Origin: the human T2T-CHM13v2.0 reference genome, Homo sapiens
DNA: 64,000 bases
Reading direction: 5' to 3' (one strand)
Assembly (NCBI RefSeq): GCF_009914755.1
Contig: NC_060937.1
Made by a program: the position numbers and the translations under genes. Positions 1 through 14,546 of this stretch are shown here, piece by piece (the first letter of the stretch is position 1; every line of letters begins with the position of its first letter). The notes under the pieces were generated by a model. It saw nothing but the letters and a program-made list of their open reading frames with translations. It had not been told where the DNA came from and did no database searches.

Positions 1-2819
1 ATTGAACATATTTTAACTTTTCCTTGGTGACATGAGATCATTATAAATATAAATGCTTCTTCTGTGCTGTGCCTATGAATAGCTAATAAGGAAAATATGT
101 TGGGATCATATGTCCCACATGCTTTTAAATAATCTATTCTGTTAGCTCCATGAAATTGAAATACTTCACCATTCAAACCATTTCTAGATGGTGGCTCAGA
201 CCCAGAAGACAGCCAGAAAAGGGGGCTGGGGCCAGGTTAGAAAGGGCAGAGTCTAGACTTTGTCCTGTGGGTGGTGTAGAATCACCAGGAGTTTCTGAGG
301 AGAGAACTCACAGAATCATATTTGTGATCTGGAAACAGTTTGGGCAGAAACAAGAATGAAGACCCAGGAGAGGAGGGATTACAAGGGGCAGAAAATTTAA
401 TAGTAGAATACGATTAAACAAACGAGGAGGCCTCCCAACTCAGTGACTGCTGGATCACAGCAGGTGACAAAAAGTGGGGGCCTGAGGATGACAATGCCAT
501 TTCCAGTTTCGCAGATTGAGCACATGGTGATGAGTACACCAAGATGAGCGGGGAGGGTGGGAAGAAGGCAAGTCTGGGGTAAACACAGTGGCTTCTCCTT
601 TGCTCCCATAGAATCTAAGAGACGTGTGGAACAGCCAAGGCATGGGCCACCTTCCTAGGCTACAGTATTAAGTCCAAACTCCTCTTTCTAGCACCTTCCC
701 CTTTCCTCACACCTGACCCTGGCTTCCCTGCTCCTCCCCTTCCCGGCACCATCTAATCCTTCTTATCCTTTAAGTCCTGCCTCTCTGTGGAATCCTGCTA
801 GCAGCTCTCTCCCTTATCTGAATTCCAGCATCACTAATGTCAACATCAGGGTGCCAGCAGGTGGTCAGCCTGTAACACTGCTGGAGGACAAGTCTTCTCT
901 GTCCACCGAGGCTGCAGTCAGCTCAGTCCACACTTGTTACTGATGCCTATGGGCATGTGCTCACTTTGGGAAACGTGGTCAGATCCTGGAACACAAGGAT
1001 CTCATATCTTAGCTGCCCACAGACCTAACATGGTGATGAACAATATCAGACATTAAATAAGTATATTTAAGCAGTTAAATATTTACATATTTACATTTGA
1101 ATAAGTATATTTAACCATATTTAAATAAATGAGTTCAATTATATACTGCTCAGAATGTGCTTTCTACCTAGAATTTCATGGTACTTTTTGTCCCCCTTAC
1201 CACAACACAAGGGCAAACTCTATCAGTCCCTCACATATTTCTTCTAGGTCTTCAAGGATTTCCTTGCACTAGATTATTCTGTCTTCCATATGTACAAATT
1301 TCACGAGCCATTTTCCAGAAGAAAATTCATCTTCTTTACCTCCTATTCGCCTTCCCAGTCTGTGGATTTTTCCTGTATAAAAATAAATATCTCTTTGGTG
1401 TCCTAAACAATCTTGTTGCAACCTGAGAAGCCTGGGCCCAAAGGCAGATGGGCAGCTCATGTTTCCATGAACCTCCAGGACAAAGGGCTCTTTGGAGGAG
1501 GGACATCTGGTTAAAATATTTCAGCACTCACAAACATTACCTGCTCAGTCCAGCTAGAGGCTCACACTGGGCAGGGCTTCCCAGACGAAATCCCCAGGCC
1601 ATCCCTCCCAAGATGGGGAGAGGAGTCCCGGATCCTGTGACAGGACAGGAGGGCAGAGCCTGACATTAAAGCTGCATATGTTGGGTTCCCAAGAAGAGAA
1701 CATGAGCACTGCAAACAGCACAGCCACCAACAGTCAGGGCTCTAGCAGCCCAGCCTTCAGAACAGAGGGGAGTGTTAACCAAAGCAGATTATTCACAGCC
1801 TGAGAGCCGTATTTAAGTGTATGCACAACAGAAGACCAGGAGAGGAGCACAAGACACATACTGCCCTTGGAAGTTTACTGGCAAGTTAGGAGAGAAGAAC
1901 AGTAGCAAAGAGCAGTATTCAAAGTCTGAATTCCTCAAACACTAGGTGCTGGGAGCGGGGGAGGGAAGGACTGGTGGGCTTTAACAGAGGCTTGGCTTCT
2001 CCTCCCCATATCGCTGCTGATCTCCAAGACTGAAACAACTAGCTCAGCAGGACTTTCATATCAGCTTATTAACAGGAGACAGGCACAAACACACACATAC
2101 CTAAGTAAGCTCACTGAAGGAGTGCTCTTAAATAAACTGCACTTGGCTGAACAGTCTTGAGTGAAAAACGATTATGATAGTTCTAAATTACGAAGAGATG
2201 GGATGGCCAAAAAGAGAAACAATGGGATTATCGAAAAGTAAAAGCCAATGTTTCCATTTCACAGTTCATTCCATGCACCTTCGACTTCGCTGGCTGCCCT
2301 CATCATCTGGCACCTTCCTGCAAAACTCCAACACGGCTTTACTCTCAGTTCCACTTGGCTTCACGCCTGTCCTCTAGCAGCTCAACAAGAATGTGACAGA
2401 ACGCACATCCAGGCTGGCTGCCCACACTCTGATTCAGCACCACGAACTGCGGGAGGACCCGTGCTGCCACCTGGCAGTCCAACTACCCCCTAGTCCGCTC
2501 ACCCTTCGCTCTCCGAGACAGTGGTCCTATCCCCTCTCTGGCTCCTCAGGTCCCCAGTGCCCACCCCCATACTTACTCTCAGCCAGTGACACACTGCCCA
2601 AGGTGACCAGTCCTTGTCTCCAAGCTCAGCCTCCAAGTTGCCCCACCTCCTGATTTTCCTCCTATCCTTCCCACCAACAGCTCCTACTCAGAGTCTTTCA
2701 CCAGAGCCTCCAAGTCCCCAAACCTCCAAGTGCTGCAGTGGCCCCCAGCTCAGCCCTTGGACCTCTTCCATCTCTACTCATTCCTTGTACACTCATCCAG
2801 GCCAGGAGAAGTATACCTT

Positions 2820-3180
2820 TCTTAGCTCACTCAGGCTGCTATCACAAAATACCTTAGACTGGGTAATTTATAAGCAACAAAAATTTATTGCTCACAGTTC
2901 AGGAACCTGGGAAGTCCCAGATCAAGGAGCCAGCAGATTCAGTATCCGGTGAAGGCTGTTCTTTGCTTCACAGATGGTGCCTTGCTGCTGCATCCTCAAA
3001 TGGCAGAAGAGCAAAGTGGCTCCCTCAAGCCTCTTTTATAAGGGCACTAATCCCATTCGAGAAGGCAGAGCCCTCATGGCCAAATCACCTCCTAAAGTCC
3101 TCACCTCCTAATACCACCACCTTGGGGGTTAGGTTCCAACATATGAATTTGGCAGGGACATTAACATTCAGACTATATCA
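2820..3180 (-). mobile_element. MLT1A-like MaLR solo LTR
   Basis: Resembles the reverse complement of the MLT1A consensus (tcttag...ggctgctat...aaatttattgctcacagttc...ccagatcaagg). Confidence 0.75.
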
Positions 3181-3409
3181 CCACCTATAGCCTACAATTC
3201 CCAACTCTATACTTACAGACCCAAATGCCTCATCACCATCTCCTCGGTGTTTCATATGCATCGCAAACTTAACTTGTCTACAACAGAGCTCTCAACATTC
3301 TGCCCTTCCCCTGCTGCTCCCACAGTCTTCCCCACCTTAGTAAATACAACTCCTTCCCTCCACTTGCCCAGGAAAAAATCCTGGATCCCTCTTTGATAAG
3401 AATAATCTC

Positions 3410-3731
3410 ATCCAGGTGCAGGGGCTCATGCCTGTAATCCCAGCACTTTGGAAGGCCAAGGCAGGAGGACCACTTGAGCCCAGATGTTTCAGAACAGCTT
3501 GGGCAACATAGTGAGACACCATCTCTTCAAAAAATAAAAAATTAGCTGGGCATGGTGGTGCACACTTGTAGTCCCAGCTACTCAGAAGGCTGAGGTGGGA
3601 GGATCACTTGAGCCCAGGAGGTGGAGGTTGCAGCGATCTGTGATTGGACCACTGCACTCTACCCTGGGTGACAGTGTGAGATTCTGTCTCAAAAATAATA
3701 ATTAAAATGAATTTAAAATTAAAAAGTAAAA
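3410..3731 (+). mobile_element. Alu (AluJ-like) within old L2-like sequence
   Basis: Dimeric Alu, A-rich tail, TSD-like aagaat(a/c)atct. Confidence 0.9.
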
Positions 3732-4467
3732 AAGAATCATCTTCTTTCAAACCCACATGTAAATGTTTAGCAAATCCTGTTAGTTCCACCAACAAAATGC
3801 ATCCAGCATCTAATGACTTCAACACATCCACAAGAACCCTGGTCCAAGCCACCAGCTCATCTCACCTGCACTATTGCTTAGAATCTCCTAAGCGACCTCC
3901 TGGCTTCTGCTCTTAGCCCCTAAAGTCTATTCTCAACACAAAAGTCAGAATACCTATAAGAGGAAGTCACAAGATGTCATTCCTCTAAAATGCCTCTAGG
4001 GGGTTCCCATGTGCTTAATAAAACCTAAAATCCTTACAATGATGACCTGTAAGACTATACAGTTGCAGCCCTCCCATTACCTTCCAACTTATCCTCACAC
4101 TCCTGGCCCCTTACTCATTCTGAAACAGTCATTCTGATCTTGCTGTTCCTTAGGTAAGCAAAGCATACACCTGCCTCCGGAACTGTCTACTAGCTTAGAA
4201 ATACCTCCCTCCAACATCCCATATCCAAAGGGCTCACTTCCTCACCTCCATGAAATCTTTGCTCAAACGTCAACTTCTCAATGATTTCCCCCAAATGATC
4301 CCATCTAAATTTCATACACTCCCAATTCCCTATCATCCTTCCCTGTCTTATTTTTCTTGAGAATTCTCAATCACCACCAAATGCAATAATACATCTTTTA
4401 CTTACTCTTTTTAACAACTATCTCCCCAGTTAGGATATAAGTTTCACAAGTGCAGGAATCCTTCACA

Positions 4468-4811
<344 letters not shown>

Positions 4812-4949
4812 TAAAACAGTGCTTGACACTTAAAGAATTTCTCAATAAGCATTTGTTAAATGAATGACAAAGAATGCCAAGCAAAAACAACTTACAAATG
4901 TGCTTGCTGTAAAAGGACTGCTAAACTTTCCGACAATACTCAACATTCA

Positions 4950-5230
<281 letters not shown>

Positions 5231-5425
5231 GAGGGGCAGGGAGGCGAGGGGAGAGGGGAGGGGAGGGGAGGGGAAGGGGAAAGGGGGGGAGGGGAGGGGA
5301 GGAGCGGGGAGGGGAGGAGAAGGGAGGGAAGGGGGGGAAGGGACAGGAGGGAAGGGGAGGGGGATAACAGAAGGTAGGGGAGGGGGAAGGAAAGGAAGGA
5401 AGGAGGGAGGGAGGGAGGGAGGGAG
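5231..5425 (+). repeat. Polypurine (GGGGA/GGGA/GGAA)n low-complexity tract
   Basis: About 195 nt almost entirely G/A. Confidence 0.95.
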
Positions 5426-5508
5426 CAAGCCTCATGCAAAAGCTGGCTCCCTCCTCCCTCACTTACTCATTCATTTATCCCTTCAAGCCAGGGATCTAAG
5501 CTCAAATA

Positions 5509-6495
5509 CAGGCATCTCTCAGAGATATCCATGGGTTTGGTTCTAGATCATCACAATAAAGCAAATATCCTAATAACGTGAGTGACACAAAGGTTTTGGT
5601 TTCCTTGTGCATATAAAAGTTATGTTTACACTATAGTCTATCAAGTGTGCAATAGCATTATGCCTAAAAAAATACATATACTTTAATTTTAAAATATGTT
5701 ATGGCAAAAAAATGCTAACAATCATCTGAGCTGTCAGTAAGTCATGGTCTTTCTGCTAGTGGAAGGCCTTGCTTCAATGCTGAGGACCTTGCTCTGGACT
5801 AGGCTTTGGCTTAAGAGAATGTTGTGTCTGGTTTGATCTTATGTTCAAATCACTAAAACTTTCTCCATATCAGCAGTAAGGCTGTTTTGCTTTCTTATCA
5901 TTTATCTGTTCACTAGAGTAGTACTTACTTTCCTTCAAGGACTTTACCTTTGCATTAAAAACTTTGCTAACTGTTTGGCACCAGAGGCCTAGGTTTCAGC
6001 CTATCTCAGCTTTTGACAAGCCTTCCTCACTAAGCTTAATCATTTCTAGCTTTTGATTTAAAGGGAGTGGACTCTTTCACTTGAACACTTAGAATCCATT
6101 GTAGGGTTATTAATTGGCCTAATTTTAATATTGTTGTGTCTTAGGAAATAGGGAGACCTGAGAGGGAGGGAGAGACAGAGACATGAACTGCTGGAGTCAG
6201 TGGAGCAGTCAGAATGTACACATTTATAGATTAACTTTGCCATCTTACACGGGCCCCAAGATGATTATAACAGTAGCATCAAAGAGCACTGATCACAGAT
6301 CACCGTAACAGATATAATAATAATGAAAAATCTGAAATATTGTGAGAATTACCAAAATGTGGCATGAAGTGAGTATATGCTGTTACACAAATGGCGTCAG
6401 TAGACTTGCTCAGTGCAGGGTTGCCACAAACCTTCAACTGGTAAAAAAAAAAAATACAGCATCTGCAAAAGGGCAATAAAGCAAAGGTTTGCCTG
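5509..6495 (-). mobile_element. Tigger1 DNA transposon, internally deleted, both ends retained
   Basis: TA|CAGGCA...TGCCTG|TA termini; both end regions resemble the Tigger1 consensus. Confidence 0.85.
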
Positions 6496-6792
6496 TACTG
6501 TCACAAGTAGGCAGTGACTTAAATGAGCAGAACAGGCCATGCGGGGCTTGCGGCCACAGGAGGAGCTCATGCCCCACCTGGAGCAGGCAGCTGTTCCTCA
6601 GCTCCAGCCAACTGTTGTCAAAAGGCCTGGTGTCACCAGAGCTTCCGAGAGAAGGTGGATAGCTGGAGTTTTACATAGTAAAATCTTCCCATTTTAAGAT
6701 GTTGAAAACTGGCCAAAGTTCTAGCCAATGGAATATAAGGCAAAGTTGTTTGTCAGGGCTCCTAAGCAGGCTCCCTAAAAGACAGCAGGACT

Positions 6793-7098
<306 letters not shown>

Positions 7099-7212
7099 TT
7101 ATCCTTGCCTTTCCCTTATTTCAGCTATGTGCAACTTGAAATACACGGCTGCAGCACCAACAACTGTTTTAGGCCATGAGGTATCAGGAAGATGGAGTTG
7201 CATCCTAACTTG

Positions 7213-7570
7213 TGTTAACAAATCATTAATCAGGAAGCAATTAGGCTGAGATGACTCCAACATTTCAGGTTCCTATGTAAGCAAACCAAACCCAACTCAA
7301 TATAAACAGTAAAACAAAGCTTAGCTTAACCAATCACAATCCATTAACTATCTCTAACTAGAGACTTCATCAATCAGGAACCACCAACTAAACTCTAACT
7401 AGGGTCTTTTTTATTCCTTATTTTTATTTTTTTCTCCAATCTCATGACAGCTTATAACTAGGCCTTTCTACTTTAACCAATCAATTATTCTCTTTGTTTT
7501 GCTTCCCTGAACACTTACAAAGTCTTTCCCTCATTCCCCCTAGATGGAGCCCTGAACTATGTAGTCTGGC
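7213..7570 (+). mobile_element. ERV LTR fragment (LTR47-like)
   Basis: tgttaa...ttaggctgag...gttcctatgtaagcaaacc...cttaaccaatca resembles the recalled consensus. Confidence 0.5.
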
Positions 7571-7589
7571 ACTGCCCAATTCATGACTG

Positions 7590-8634
7590 ATGGTACTGCC
7601 CTAGTGGGGGCACTCTGTGGTGGCTCTTCCCCATAGACGTTTTCTGCCTGGGCCCCGGGTTCTCCAAGACATCCTCGGAAATCTAGATGAAAGTAGCCAC
7701 ACTCCACAGCTCTTGAACTCTGCTCAGCTGCAGTTAGCACCACATGGACACCAAGGTTTATAGCCTGCACCTTCCAGAGCAGCAGCCCAAGCCACACCTG
7801 AGCCGCACCTGGGGTGGCCAAGGAGCACCGCAGAATGCAGGAAGCAGAGGCTCGAGGTGGCCCTGGGCAACTAGACCCATAGACCTGCTGGCGGGGTATG
7901 GTCCTCTCCCTCCTGCCCTCATGGTCCAGGCACTCTGGGCCTGTGACAGGAGGAGCAGTCCCAAAGACCTCCCAAATCCCTTTAAGGTCATTCTTCCCAG
8001 CAGCCTTTTTATTCTTTATGATCTAGCCAGGCTGAAAATTTTCCAAATCTTTCTAAGTTCTGCTTCCCTTTTGATTATAATTTCTGTCTTTAATTTGTTT
8101 TCTTCTTGCATTTTCTTATAAGCAATCAAGAGAAGCCATGCAGCACCCTGCACACTCTGCTTAGATATTTCTTCCACCAAATATCCTAGTTCATCACTCT
8201 TCATCTAGTTCATCATCTATCCTCCACAAAGCATTAGGGCACAGACACAACTGACCCACGTTCTCTGCCATTTTATAAATAAAAACAGAATGGGCTTTTC
8301 TCTAGTTCCCAATAAAATATTCCTCATTTCTGTCTAAGACCTCATCAAAATGACCTTTGCTGTCCATACTTCCACCAACATTCTGATCATGACCACTTAA
8401 GTAATCTCTAAGAAGATTCAGGTTCTGTCTACAGCTCTGTTCTTCTAAGCCCTCACCAAAATAATCCTTAATGCTTAGTTTATCACTATCTAGGCTTTTT
8501 CCAGCATGTACCTCCAAACTCTTCCAGCCTCTACCCTTTACCCAGTTCCAAAGCCAACTCTGCATTTTCAGGGATCTGTTATACCAACACTCCACTTCTT
8601 GGTACCAATTTCTATCTTAGTCCCTTTGTGCCTC
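7590..8634 (-). mobile_element. MaLR internal sequence (MLT1/MST-int) plus the start of its LTR
   Basis: Reverse-strand similarity to the THE1 internal region at 18650-19700 (WNWVKGRGWKSLE versus WNWATGRGWNSLE). Confidence 0.75.
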
Positions 8635-9027
8635 TGTTGGGAACAGGCCCCCCAAAATCTAGCCATAAACTGGCCCCAAAACTGACCATAAACAAAATCT
8701 CTGCAGCACTGTGAAATGTTCATGATGGCCGTAACGCCCACGCTGGAAGGTTGTGGGTTTACTGGAATGAAGGCAAGGAACACCTGGCCCGCCCAGGGCA
8801 GAAAACTGCTTAAAGGTGTCCTTAAACCACAAACAGCATGAGCGATCTGTGCCTTAAGGGCATGTTCCTGCTGCAGATAACTAGCCAGACCCACCCCTTT
8901 ATTTCGGCCCATCCCTTCCTTTCCCATAAGGGATACTTTTAGTTAATGAATATCTATAGAAACAATGCTAATGACTGGCTTGCTGTTAATAAATTCGTGG
9001 GTAAATCTTTGTTCGGGGCTCTCAGCA
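8635..9027 (+). mobile_element. MER9 (HERV-K HML-3) LTR, 3'-truncated
   Basis: Starts tgttgggaacaggccccc...gccataaactggccccaaaac as in MER9. Confidence 0.8.
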
Positions 9028-10326
9028 CTGAACACGGATACTTCCTCGATATCTATGCTATGGCATCAGTGAGCAGTGTTCATGTTACTGGGCCATCTCC
9101 ATCCCTCCCATTGAGAAGAAAATGTGTGTCACGTAAAGAAGCACTTAAATCCATCTCTGTCACTTGCTTAGTTTATTACCCTGCTCCGTAGGTACCAACT
9201 GCACTCTGTTGCTGCTAAAACGACCACTGGCCTCTAATACTCAGGACAGTTGAGTTTGGATAGCCTAGTTTCTCTACTGAGAAGACAATTCCATAAAGAA
9301 TAAGGGTAGAAGACCCAACTTACAGTTCTTTTTCAGGCTTTTCAGCCACCTTTGGTCTGGATGGGGACGATCATTTCCAACAGTCTCTAGCTGGTCTCCC
9401 GCAGCTCCCTGCCCAGTTCACCCTCTGCCTTGCAGGAGTGACTTACGCTGTTTTCCTGTAGGGTAAAGTCCAAACTCCTAGCCTGATAAACAGGGTCTTC
9501 CACAGACCTTCCAGCCTTCCACTCTTCCAGCCTTGCCACGCCCCTCACAGTCCCCTAAATGCCTCTTTCCATTTCCAGTCCTCTGGACCTTTATACATGC
9601 TGGTCTCTGCCTTCAATGCCCTTCTCTCCATGCTCCTGTGTGCCCAATCAATGCCTGCTCTTCCTGAAAGACCCACTCGAGCACCACCTCCCACTGAAGG
9701 AATTTTTCTGCCCCTTCTGTGGGTGCTGTACCATGTAGACAGCTCTGTCCCAGCATGCATCCAGCACAGGGGCTGACCTCTCTTCATCTATGCATCCCCC
9801 TGCTTGGCCCAGTACCAGGCAAACAGAAAGTGCTCCATAATGTTTGTGGACTGAAGGCTGAATGACCAGGTCACTGCTGCCCCACAGAGAGGCCTCTGAA
9901 GAGAAAACAATGTGGAGAAATCATGTCGAGAATCCATTCATTCAAGAACAACTGTGGTGCACCTACATGTGGGAAATAGTTTTTTAAACGGTAAAAACCC
10001 GGTTCCCATTTCAAGAAGCACAGAGTTGCAAATAAAAGCTATATTCATTAAATAATCATACCAGGTGGTATGACCAAGTGTCAAGTAAGTTTTGACAATA
10101 AAAAATCGCTGAGAAAGTCAGGCAGGCCTGGCTAGGACTCAATCCTAGATCTGCCTCTTATAAGCAAGGTACATCGGGCAAGTTACTTAACTTGTGTCTG
10201 GCTCAGTTTCCCCATCTGTAAAGCAATGATGAACTCTGATCTCCTGTTCTATCACTCCCACTCCTTCCCTCTGCCACAGCCACTCTGGCTTTCCTATTGT
10301 TCCCCAAACTCTAACATCATGTCTTC

Positions 10327-11503
<1,177 letters not shown>

Positions 11504-11631
11504 ATGACTGCCGTAGGACTCTCACACTTTATGGTTTCTCAACCTAGGCTACTTCTCTGAAATCTGAATCATTCAGGTCTCTACTCAAATCCTACCTTCC
11601 AAGAGAAATCATTCCCTGACCACCTACTTAA

Positions 11632-11925
<294 letters not shown>

Positions 11926-11976
11926 AAACTGCTTTATTTTCTTCATAGTACTTACTAGTACCTGAAATAAAGCTAT

Positions 11977-12515
11977 TGAAGGAAACTAAAACATTTCACC
12001 TCAAAACAGACTTATTGGAAATATTTTGAGATGGCCGTTCAGAGGGCCTACAGACAAAAGTAGTCCTACTGTGAGGGAGATGAGCATCTGTTGAGAACCT
12101 CCATTGACGCAGCCAGTTTTTCTCAGAGGGCCCTTCCTTGTCTGGATCTGGGTGAGATTAGCTGAATTTGGCACCTTCAAGGTCTGAAACATTTCTTCTC
12201 CCTGAGGGCTGCTACCTGTGAGGTTTCATCTACATAAGACCACCTTTGCTAGCCAGGTCTCCTCTTCTCTCCCTCCTATAACCTGATTTACAACCATAAC
12301 CTGTTTTTGGCCAAGCTTAGAGCCCCCACACTTTCTGTAACCTCAGGATAGTATAATTGTGGCAACCACCTTGCCTTCCTTTGAGATCTTATGTTGTAAG
12401 ACTCTCACGGCACGTTAGTAAATGTGTATGCCTTCTCTCCTATTAATCTGCCATTTGTCAGTTGATTTTTCAGTGACGCTTCACGGGGCACAAAAGTTTT
12501 CCCTTAACTCCTACG
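11977..12515 (+). mobile_element. MER39-like ERV1 solo LTR
   Basis: tgaaggaaactaaaa...gagatggccgttcagagggcc start; 4-bp TSD CTAT on both sides. Confidence 0.7.
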
Positions 12516-14102
12516 CTATACATTTGTTTATCCCTTTTTTTTTCCTATCTCCAACTAGGATGTAAATTCATGAGGGCAAGGTCTCGGTCCTACCTAAATC
12601 CCCAGTGTCTAAAACTTTGAGTACTATGTGTTTGAGCACATAGTACACACAAAAAAATTTGTTGAATAAATGTTGATAACAAGATATAATACCTACATCA
12701 AAGGGTTTTTGTGAGGATTAAACGCGAGAGTGCACATAGAGGGATATGAGTGCCTAACACAATGCCCAGCACACAGTAAGCTCAATAACGCTGGTCAACG
12801 CTATTATCAGAGGATTCCAGAAGACAGGTCAACATGGGCAGGAGCAGTTACAGAACGTTTCAAGGAGGTGGCAGGTCTTGAGCTTGATTTGGAAGGATAA
12901 TGATTTCTTTCTCTAGGTGGGGACACTGTAGGAAGTTGAAATCTCCTCTGTACAAGCCACCCCTCCCAACATTTCTTCATACTCCTATCAAATGCATAGT
13001 CATCATACCCTACAAACCACCTACTAACCAGCCTCTCTCTGTCTGTCCACTAATCCATTAGTTTTCATTTCTGTATCACCGGAGCCTAGATGAATTCACT
13101 ACTAAAGGGCACCCAGCAACGTCAGTGAATTAGTTTCAGAAATCTGTGGAAAAGAAACAGCCTACTGTTCTGTCCAGCAATCCAGGCCTAAGTATCTATC
13201 CTAAAGAAATAGTGTCAGCATTAAAAATCATGTACAAAGATGTTCACTTGCAAGAGAGAGAGAAAAAAAGTAGCAAACAGAACGTCCACCACTAGGAAAC
13301 CATGAATAAACTATGATGCGTCCAAACTGTGCAGAGGTTGCACTGAATTAGACAGTTAGTGAAACAATCTCTAAGATATATCGTTAAACTGAAAAAAGAG
13401 AATGCACATACAGTGATCTCATTTAGGTAAAACAAAAATTTTAACACCTCATACAAATGAAACCTAAAGATTTCTCTGAATGTGTGCATATTACATATAG
13501 ATACATGTCTTGTTAACCACTGTATCAACTCAACACTGTGTGCCTGAAACATAGAAAGTTCTCAATAAATATTTGCCGAATGAAGACATATGTACGTGAA
13601 TAGAAAAAGACTGAAAAATAGATCTGCTTTTTGTGCAAAATATTTCTGTGCTGTTTCCATTTTTAAAAGACTGTCTTAATGTATTACTTGTACAATTAAA
13701 ATGAATTTAAAACAGTTATAAAAGTTCCAGGACCTCGATATACCATATCTGGTCCAAGCACCAGGCTCTGAGTAACTTCTCCAGGTAACTAACTTCATCG
13801 TTTTGAGCCATTAGGGCTCTAGCACAGCAACTCGACGCTCACTTTATCTCTCCAGCATCAGACCCCTTAAAAGCATAAAGATGAATTTTGAGGTGCGGGG
13901 TTTTCCATTGCTCCCAAACATCAGTTGACGGCACACTTTTTCTAAAGGGTCCTTTTCTCCCACGCCAAGACATCCCTGGAGCTGGGGTCTGGCTCGGCCT
14001 TCCCTGCGCACCCCCTGGGGGCGAGTAAGCGCCGAACGCGGGGAGGAAAATCCTCCTGGTGGGAGTGAGCACGCTGCGCGGACGCGGGGGAACAAAACTC
14101 AC

Positions 14103-14153
14103 TTTCCGACTGGCCCCTTCTCTGGCTGTGATCTGTCTCTCCTGCTCAGGCAT
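14103..14153 (-). CDS. ATP7B: ATP7B (Wilson disease copper-transporting P-type ATPase) coding exon 1, MPEQERQITAREGASRK; the rest of the gene lies left of the window
   Basis: Minus-strand ATG at 14153-14151, 51 coding nt matching the known ATP7B N-terminus, then the donor AAA|GTGAG at 14102. Confidence 0.97.
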
Positions 14154-14494
14154 CGTCCCGCACGGACACCGAATTCTTCTCTGATCTGGCTCAGAGCAAA
14201 AGGTCACCTGGTCGGTGGAGGAGAGCGGGGTGTTAAAGTCCCGGGAGAGGAGGCGCAGAGTGTGAGGGCATCGGCGCGGCTCGGCTCTAAAGCAAACAGG
14301 GGTCCGGGAACCGCCCCTTCATTTGGGACCGGGGAAGCCGCAGCCCTCTTCACACGGATGATTCAAAGTTGCGCGCCGCCGTCCTCCCGACCTGGGGGCA
14401 CGGGGATGAGAGCGTGAGGGGAGAGTGGGCCTCGGACCCTCGCCCACTCCCCAGGTGGCTGGGAGTGCCCACCCTGGAACTGCCGGCCCCGCCG

Positions 14495-14546
14495 GTGCCA
14501 CAGTGTTCTCTGCCGTGCCAGTGCCACAATGTCCTCTGCCGTGCCG
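14495..14546. repeat. 26-bp tandem duplication in the ATP7B promoter
   Basis: gtgccacagtgttctctgccgtgcca / gtgccacaatgtcctctgccgtgccg, 3 mismatches. Confidence 0.95.
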
